Assembly: GCA_964390795.1 (NCBI GenBank)
Contig: CAYMLQ010000002.1
Coordinates: 1 to 58,542, forward strand
From: an uncultured Lentisphaeraceae bacterium
Lineage (GTDB): Bacteria > Verrucomicrobiota > Kiritimatiellia > RFP12 > UBA1067
DNA length: 58,542 nt
Direction of reading: 5' to 3'
Both the position numbers and the translations under genes were made by a program. Below the pieces are notes generated by a model that had not been told where the DNA came from, did not search any database, and saw nothing but the letters and a program-made list of their open reading frames with translations. Shown here piece by piece: positions 51,300 through 58,542 of the stretch (position 1 is its first letter; the number at the start of each line of letters is the position of its first letter).

Positions 51300-53948
51300 T
51301 TACTCGATGGGCTTTCTGTTGAAGCGCCCCATCCAGACCCAGCAACTGTTACACACGCACGCCTTGCCCCGTCCGCAGGTGCCGAGAACGTCGTGGTACG
51401 CCTGCGGCGCGATCGACGCCTGCACCAGCGTCAGCAGCGCTTGGTAACGCGGATCGTCCAAACCATTGAATCCACCCTCAAGCTGCCCCCAGCCGCCTTT
51501 TCCCGTAGGTAAGGCCGCCAGCAGGATGCGGCTCTTTTCAGGAGACCCGACATTTACAAGCGCGGGAAACGGCTGCTCCGCCAGCGCTTTGCCGAACTGA
51601 GCCGTGATCGCTGCCCGCAGCCTTTTCTCACCCTCTGGCTCCGGCTGCCGCTGCTCCGCGCGGTTGAACTCGTAGTAACCGTCGCTGTAGCGTGGCACGT
51701 TCAGGTCCATCCAGACGAGCAGCGCGTCCCACTCGTCTTTCGACAGTTTCACGTCATGGTGGCCGCTCTTCAAGAGCGCGGTCAAGGGACTCGCGATCGC
51801 GAAATAGTCGTTGGTCTTGCTCGCGCCGGTCTCGTGATAGGACTCGATCCACATGACCTGCTTCCGGTCGACCAGATTCTGACTCGCCTTTGCCCCGATC
51901 AGGTTCAGCGGCGGCTTACCGTCTTTTTCCGCCGGCGCCAACCCGTGGCAGCCGATGCAGTGCCGGTCAAACACCGGCTGGACGGTCCGCATGAAGCTGA
52001 AGCCGCCCTCGTAGTCGAGCGCCGGCATCGGCTTGGGATCAGCGATCTCACGCCGCTTGGCCAGCTCTTGCGGCGGACGGCTCCGCATCTTGTCCTCGTG
52101 GCAGCCCGCGCAGCCCAGGACCTCGCCTCTCTGCGCGTAGATGAACGAGCGCATCGTGAAAATGGCCATGCCCTCCGCATTCAGCGCCTGCAACTGGATC
52201 GGCCGGCCGGCTGGTATCCGGAAGGCGGCGGAGCCGTCCTCGGCCACCGGCACCACGCCGAGCGGACGTTTGTACAAGTCCAGGTCGAGATCCTTGTTGC
52301 GGTTCGCCTTCTTCGCCGCAGGCTGGTTCATCAGCTGGTTGACACGCAGGTATTTGACGCTGCCCTTCTCCAGCGGTTCGCGGCAGTCGTACACGTTCTC
52401 GACATAACACACGCCGGTGTCGGGCGCCTCCGCCGCCGGTGGCAGCACCGAGGGGATCACGGGCGGGCGCGGCCGCTTGCGGAGCGGAATCGGCGTGAAC
52501 GTGCCGATCTCGGAGTCCTGAAAAATCAGCTCGCGGCCGCCCAGCGTGTCCACCAGCCAGATCCCGAACGCCTTGTTCGACGGCCACGCGCCATACTGCG
52601 GTGCGCCTGCCCAGGGTTCCGGGGAGAAGCTGGCGAAAAACAGCGTGTCGTTGACCGGATACGGAGCGGCGTAGCAGCCAGGCAATTTCCATCCCTCCGA
52701 TTCGGGCCACGGAATCTCTGGCGTCACGCGCGTCAGCGGCGCGGGGCCATCCTCGCCCTTGTGCGTGTCGATAGTGATGAGCGAGCCCGCCGTAACGTAG
52801 TGGTGCGCGCCCGCTGTGGCCACCACGACATGCGTGCCGGGAATCGGCTGAACCTCGGTCTGGATGCCGGGGTGCATGGTGTAGTTCCCGTAGAAGTGGG
52901 CCGTACCCGTGCCGTCCGGCTTCATCGTCCACAGGCTCTGATACCACACCGCGTTGCGGTTGATGTAGTCCCAGCGCGTGTAGGCGATTCGCCCGTCGTT
53001 CAGCACCGCGGGCTCCCACTCGTTCGCCTCGCCGAAGGAGAGCTGTCGGATGTTCGAGCCGTCCTTGTCCGCGCGGTAAATCAGGAAGGCAGGCGTGTAG
53101 CGGCCCCAGTGGCAGCGCCCGTAACTCTGGCAGCGCGTCGAGTTGAACGCGAAGCCGCCGTCCGGCAGGTAACACGGATCGGCGTCCTCGATCAGCACGG
53201 TCTGGCGCCCGTCCCAGGTCTCCATCGGATCCTTCGGCGTGCCGGTGAGCTGGCGCACCCACGAGCCGTCCACAGCCGCCTCCCAGATGAAGTAGCGCAG
53301 GTGCGCGACCGGGTTCGGGTCGTAGCTCTTCGCCGCATCCTTGAAGCAGGGATGGTCCGGGTCGAGCCTCCGGATGATATCGGCGTTCGCGCCCTTCGTG
53401 CATCCGGCCAGCACGGTCGGCACCACGACACCTTCGGCGGCGGGCGGGCGGTTCGCCGTATGGTCGCAGAAAGCAAACAGCACCCGGTCCCCATCGAAGT
53501 GCAGGTCGGGGTTGAGCACGGTGCCCAGCGGAAGCTTTCCCTTCAGCGGCTCGCTCTTGCGCGGCGCGCCCTTCCAGTCCTCGATTACGACGAGTCCCGG
53601 TCCGGGACGCGAACAGCGGCCCGTATACTGGTCGACCATGTGCGGGGCCACCGTGTAAGGGATGCCGCGCTGGCTGGCGAGTATCCGGTCGAAGGCCAGC
53701 GCCGGATGCGAGAAAAGAATCAGGCGCCGCAGCGCACGGATCTCTTTCTCCAGCGCGGCCCGCGCCGCAGCCTCGCGCGTCAGAGGCAGCTTCTGAGCGA
53801 AGCTCGCCAACTGCACGGCCATCGCCGGGCGCTTCTCCGACTTCTCGACATACGCCAGGGTCCGCTGAGCCAGCGCCAGCGCCTCCTCCGCCGTGTCCGC
53901 AAAAACACCGAAGGCCAGTAATGCGACCGCAACAAACAAAGATTTCAT
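51300..53948 (-). CDS. Secreted beta-propeller-type protein with two CxxCH haem-c motifs (layout recalls proteins labelled HzsA-related / PSCyt-like)
   Basis: The internal ATG at 53948 gives a signal peptide [22 protein letters not shown] and [14 protein letters not shown] motifs. The track ORF extends further upstream through Arg-rich junk. Confidence 0.75.
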   Translation of the reverse strand: MKSLFVAVALLAFGVFADTAEEALALAQRTLAYVEKSEKRPAMAVQLASFAQKLPLTREAAARAALEKEIRALRRLILFSHPALAFDRILASQRGIPYTVAPHMVDQYTGRCSRPGPGLVVIEDWKGAPRKSEPLKGKLPLGTVLNPDLHFDGDRVLFAFCDHTANRPPAAEGVVVPTVLAGCTKGANADIIRRLDPDHPCFKDAAKSYDPNPVAHLRYFIWEAAVDGSWVRQLTGTPKDPMETWDGRQTVLIEDADPCYLPDGGFAFNSTRCQSYGRCHWGRYTPAFLIYRADKDGSNIRQLSFGEANEWEPAVLNDGRIAYTRWDYINRNAVWYQSLWTMKPDGTGTAHFYGNYTMHPGIQTEVQPIPGTHVVVATAGAHHYVTAGSLITIDTHKGEDGPAPLTRVTPEIPWPESEGWKLPGCYAAPYPVNDTLFFASFSPEPWAGAPQYGAWPSNKAFGIWLVDTLGGRELIFQDSEIGTFTPIPLRKRPRPPVIPSVLPPAAEAPDTGVCYVENVYDCREPLEKGSVKYLRVNQLMNQPAAKKANRNKDLDLDLYKRPLGVVPVAEDGSAAFRIPAGRPIQLQALNAEGMAIFTMRSFIYAQRGEVLGCAGCHEDKMRSRPPQELAKRREIADPKPMPALDYEGGFSFMRTVQPVFDRHCIGCHGLAPAEKDGKPPLNLIGAKASQNLVDRKQVMWIESYHETGASKTNDYFAIASPLTALLKSGHHDVKLSKDEWDALLVWMDLNVPRYSDGYYEFNRAEQRQPEPEGEKRLRAAITAQFGKALAEQPFPALVNVGSPEKSRILLAALPTGKGGWGQLEGGFNGLDDPRYQALLTLVQASIAPQAYHDVLGTCGRGKACVCNSCWVWMGRFNRKPIE

Positions 53949-54001
53949 GCGGGTTATTAAGCCATAAAATGCGCTCCCCGTCCATCTATCTGGAGATAAA
54001 A

Positions 54002-55228
54002 TCACTGCGCCTTTACGTCGTAGCAGTACAGGTTCGTGTCGTAGCGGACGTAGAGGCGGCCGTTGACGACCACGGGATGGGACCAGCTGTTGCCGGTGCC
54101 CGCCACCTGGATGCTGCCCTTGACGCGGTTGCCGTCGGCGGCCGGATCGACCAGCGCGAGCTTGCCACCCTGGTCGGCGAACGAGTAGAGCAGTCCGTCC
54201 GCCCACGTCACCTGCCCGGCGCCGCAGCGCTCCTGCCACTTTGTCGCGCCGGTCTTCAGGTCCGCGCACACCAGCGCGCCTTTGCCTTTCCCGTACACGC
54301 AGCCGTTGGCCACCACGTAGTTGCCGGGGTGGCAGGCGAAGTCGCGCGTGGTCCACGCCTCTGCAAAAGTCCACTTGCCTCCGGCGTTGCCGACCTTGAG
54401 GCAGATGCCGCCTTTGTTGTAGCCGACCGCCCAGAAGAGGTAGCCGTCCGAATAGGCGGGCGTGGGTGCGTTGGCGACATTGCCGTCCGCGAAGGGGTTG
54501 CGGTAGATCTCCTTGCCGGTCTTGGCGTCCACAACGATCAGTCCGCTCTGGGAGCCGTTGAAGAGGATCGTGCTGCCGTTCAGCGTGACCGGCACCAGGG
54601 AACTGTAGCCAGCCGTGGCAGGCTTGTCCGATTTCCAGACGCTGTTGCCGGTCATCTTGTCAAGCGCCACAACCGCGTGAGGCCCGCCGGGCGTGACGAT
54701 GGCGAGCTTGCCCAAAACGGTCACGCTCTCGGCATAGTGCCAGCCGCCGACTTTGCCGTCCATGTCTCCGCGCAGGTTTTTCTTCCACAGGATGCGGCCG
54801 TCCTTGGCGCTGTGGCAGGTCAGCAGTCCGTCGCCGCCGGTGAGGTAGATGCGGTCGCCGTCGACGGTCGGCGTGGCCCGCGCTCCGCCGTACTTGTTGT
54901 GGCTGGACTTGGGGCCCTGCGCTGCGCGCCACTTCTCCTTGCCGTTCTTCTCGTCCAGAGAGATCAGCATCTGGTTCTCGCCCTCGTTGCCGGTCGTGTA
55001 GACGCAGCCGCCGGCGACGGCGACCGAGGACCAGCCGGGGCCGATGTTCTCGACCTTCCAGAGCAGGGCCGGCCCTTCCTGCGGCCACTGCTTCAGCAGG
55101 CCCGCATCGGGGGAACGGCCGTCGCGGTCGGGGCCGAGAAAGGTCGGCCAGTCTGCGGCGCGGGTCTCTGCGCACACGAGCAGGACAGAGGCGGACAAGG
55201 TCAGGGCGGCGAGGGTTTTGACGTTCAT
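54002..55228 (-). CDS. PQQ-like / BamB-like beta-propeller repeat protein, secreted
   Basis: Signal peptide MNVKTLAALTLSASVLLVCA. ADWPTFLGPDRDG start. Repeated W......G.....V.....Y motifs. Confidence 0.85.
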   Translation of the reverse strand: MNVKTLAALTLSASVLLVCAETRAADWPTFLGPDRDGRSPDAGLLKQWPQEGPALLWKVENIGPGWSSVAVAGGCVYTTGNEGENQMLISLDEKNGKEKWRAAQGPKSSHNKYGGARATPTVDGDRIYLTGGDGLLTCHSAKDGRILWKKNLRGDMDGKVGGWHYAESVTVLGKLAIVTPGGPHAVVALDKMTGNSVWKSDKPATAGYSSLVPVTLNGSTILFNGSQSGLIVVDAKTGKEIYRNPFADGNVANAPTPAYSDGYLFWAVGYNKGGICLKVGNAGGKWTFAEAWTTRDFACHPGNYVVANGCVYGKGKGALVCADLKTGATKWQERCGAGQVTWADGLLYSFADQGGKLALVDPAADGNRVKGSIQVAGTGNSWSHPVVVNGRLYVRYDTNLYCYDVKAQ

Positions 55229-55452
55229 GGCGTGTTCCTTATGGCGAAGGTGATGGCAGGGAGTGTAACAGCGGTCATGCAACCGCGCAATTCCTGAATT
55301 TTGCACTTGTCAGGAACCGCAGGGTTATGAAACAATTCCCAACGATGAATCGTATCTATACAGCAATCGATCTTCGACTTACCGGCTTGTGGCTGCTCAG
55401 CAGCCGCGGGATGCTTGCCGTGTAGTTTTATGAAGAGCGAATGCAAGGCCAG

Positions 55453-55498
55453 AACTCCCGTGGAAAATCGCAGCAGATTTCGCGGGAGTTTTTGTTTT
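55453..55498 (+). terminator. Intrinsic-terminator-like hairpin in the leuA leader (candidate attenuator)
   Basis: aactcccg (55453-55460) pairs with cgggagtt (55483-55490), plus an inner gaaa(a)tc/gatttc stem. A ttttgtttt run follows. It lies 100 nt upstream of the leuA ATG, and the upstream gene is divergent. Confidence 0.55.
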
Positions 55499-55599
55499 CC
55501 CGGAAGCGCTGCGACGGAGCCGTGAGTCGGACAGGCCGAGAGCGCGATGTGAAACGAGAAACAGCCGCCCCAACGGGCGGCACCAACGAGGAAACAGCA

Positions 55600-57147
<1,548 letters not shown>

Positions 57148-57192
57148 GCGTCAAATCTGGCTGAAACGCGCTTCTGACGACCGTTAGGCATA

Positions 57193-57242
57193 GGGAGGGG
57201 CAGGCGTCTGCCTGCCCGGACGAGCAGACGCTCGTCCCTCCC
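57193..57242. terminator. Compound stem-loop between convergent genes
   Basis: Outer stem gggaggg/ccctccc encloses two hairpins, ggcagg/cctgcc and gacgagc/gctcgtc. Confidence 0.4.
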
Positions 57243-57293
57243 GTGCTTTCGCGCCCAACACGCATCAGACTCGCAAACCCCGTCACCAACCGA

Positions 57294-57866
57294 TTATTTC
57301 CCTTTCACGCGGTAGGCGGCGCGGCGCTCTTTGACGCGGAAGCCGATGGGTTTGCGCGGCTGGGCGGGCGGGACCATGAACTGGCGGATAGCGTCGAAGA
57401 GTGTGCGGATGCCGGTATCGTGCTCGGCCACCTTGCTCTCCAGTTCGGTCAGTTTGTGGGCCAGTTCTTTGTGCAGGGCGAGCGTCTCGCGCAGGCGCAC
57501 GAAAACCCGCATAATGGTGATATTGACTTGGACGGCACGCGGACTTCGCAGGACACTTGACAGCATGGCGACGCCTTCCTGCGTGAAGGCGAAAGGCAGA
57601 TACTTGATGTTGTACCCGCGCTTCAAGGTTCCAATTTGGAACCTTGAAGCAACACATGCTTGCGCCTCGTCCAGCGTGAGTTGGAACATAAAATCTTCGG
57701 GAAAACGGTTAAGATTGCGCTGGACCGCCTTATTGAGGTTCTTGGTCTCAACGCCATAAAGCGCGGCCAAATCGCGATCCAGCATCACCCGTTGGCCTCG
57801 GATGAGCAGGATCGTCCGCTCGATTTGCTCTGCGGCAACCCGTTGTGTCGGCCCCGAATCGTCCAT
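57294..57866 (-). CDS. ORF6N-domain (KilA-N-like, phage-associated DNA-binding) protein
   Basis: ILLIRGQRVMLDRDLAALYGVETKNLNKAVQRNLNRFPEDFMFQLT is the ORF6N signature. aggagg lies 7 nt upstream of the ATG at 57866. Alternative starts are 57872 and 57890. Confidence 0.8.
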   Translation of the reverse strand: MDDSGPTQRVAAEQIERTILLIRGQRVMLDRDLAALYGVETKNLNKAVQRNLNRFPEDFMFQLTLDEAQACVASRFQIGTLKRGYNIKYLPFAFTQEGVAMLSSVLRSPRAVQVNITIMRVFVRLRETLALHKELAHKLTELESKVAEHDTGIRTLFDAIRQFMVPPAQPRKPIGFRVKERRAAYRVKGK

Positions 57867-58086
57867 TGGCATGCCTCCTGTGAGGAACAATGATCCATAA
57901 ACGAATACAGCCGTGACTTTTGCAGATAATCACAGGGATGGCAAGCGGAAAGTCGTTCGCTGACATTTGAACATACTGCGGGTGCGAGGGCTTGCAGCTT
58001 ATGACGGTGAAAAATGGGCTCTGACGTTGACCCGCGACCCTCTCGCAAAAACGCTCTTGTCGCTTCTCGGTGCATCCGGATCTTAA

Positions 58087-58110
58087 TTCCACACTTCCAG
58101 AAGTGTGGAA
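58087..58110 (-). terminator. 10-bp perfect hairpin just downstream of the last gene
   Basis: ttccacactt / aagtgtggaa with a 4-nt loop, 20 nt after the stop at 58130. The U-tract is weak. Confidence 0.4.
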
Positions 58111-58129
58111 ATCTAAGGTGCTCGATCCT

Positions 58130-58542
58130 CTATTCGTACTCGATGACCCACTCCGTCGACGGGAGTGCGAGCTTCACTTGCTTGCGCGCATCGGTCAGCG
58201 TGCCCTTGCTCTCGGCCTCTTTGCCGAGGCAGGTGAATTTGTAGGCCTTGCAGGTGTCGAGTTTGGCGGCCTTCAGGAACGCCTCAGTCCGGATCATCAT
58301 GGAGACCATTCCCGACATCTTGCCGTCCTTGATCATCGGATAGCGCAGCGCGACCAGGCGCGGCTGCATGATGCTCCCGTGCCCGGGTTCGCTAAGCTGC
58401 GGCGCGGGCTTTTCGTCCATCAGCTTGCGGAATGCGTCCAGCTCCTTAACCTTCTTCAGGCTGAACCCGACGGCCAGAAAATCGCGTTTGAAGTAGACTT
58501 GGCGGATCTCCCAGTCGGCGTTGATCAGCGTGGCGCCGAAAA
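58130..58542 (-). CDS. Hypothetical protein, C-terminal part only (N-terminus outside the window)
   Basis: The frame stays open from 58420 to the window edge (checked by hand: FGATLINADWEIRQVYFKRDFLAVGFSLKKVKELDAFRKLMDEK...). No family recognised. Confidence 0.55.
   Translation of the reverse strand, partial: FGATLINADWEIRQVYFKRDFLAVGFSLKKVKELDAFRKLMDEKPAPQLSEPGHGSIMQPRLVALRYPMIKDGKMSGMVSMMIRTEAFLKAAKLDTCKAYKFTCLGKEAESKGTLTDARKQVKLALPSTEWVIEYE

Noticed and set aside
51756-53921. 721-aa plus-strand ORF, plus the 645-aa minus-strand alternative frame (52048-53985), within the propeller/CxxCH gene.
   Set aside because: Only the frame starting at 53948 gives a signal peptide, propeller-like repeats and CxxCH motifs. 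The other frames are Arg/Gly/Pro junk.

Overview
High-GC bacterial chromosomal window. Most genes are visibly GC-rich; there are AT-richer patches at about 2.3-4.7 kb, 24.9-27.0 kb and 57.3-58.5 kb. No rRNA, tRNA or CRISPR was seen. The gene content (many prepilin-type proteins, giant FN3-array proteins, GLUG and PSCyt-like motifs) suggests a PVC-type lineage, but that is inference only. Gene order: (1) A secretion/pilus-like cluster: secretin 3' end, a repeat-filled 0.7-kb spacer, two pseudopilins, a membrane-anchored protein, and a 1972-aa FN3/PPC-like repeat protein. Then a divergent membrane protein, two PilT-type ATPases, a ~2240-aa M6-metalloprotease/Calx-beta/FN3x14 protein, a NarL-type histidine kinase, and an Fkp-like nucleotidyltransferase-GHMP kinase fusion. 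(2) A small stress islet: PRC-barrel protein, entericidin-like lipoprotein, two CBM48-like proteins, and a ferredoxin-domain protein. (3) A six-gene, translationally coupled two-component operon. (4) A 1318-aa GLUG/InlB-B-repeat protein, ferredoxin, Fe-SOD, and a NarL-type response regulator. (5) Housekeeping and accessory genes: TAT-signal FAD oxidoreductase, membrane-fused spermidine-synthase-like protein, IS200-like Y1/HUH protein, DEAD-box helicase, propeller protein with CxxCH motifs, PQQ-like propeller, leuA, ORF6N protein, and one partial ORF. Three results stand out. First, seven promoter-like sites share GGR-N5-CCCCAT-N22-TAnnnT with invariant spacing and define a putative stress regulon. 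Second, a family of tandem heptanucleotide and palindromic arrays occurs between genes and also in frame inside three coding sequences. Two of these sit at the identical loop of paralogous kinase ATPase domains. Third, a secretin/pseudopilin/PilT cluster embeds two giant proteins that share repeat modules and a common C-terminal AAFF[KR] module. All homology statements rest on motifs recognised by eye. No searches were run.
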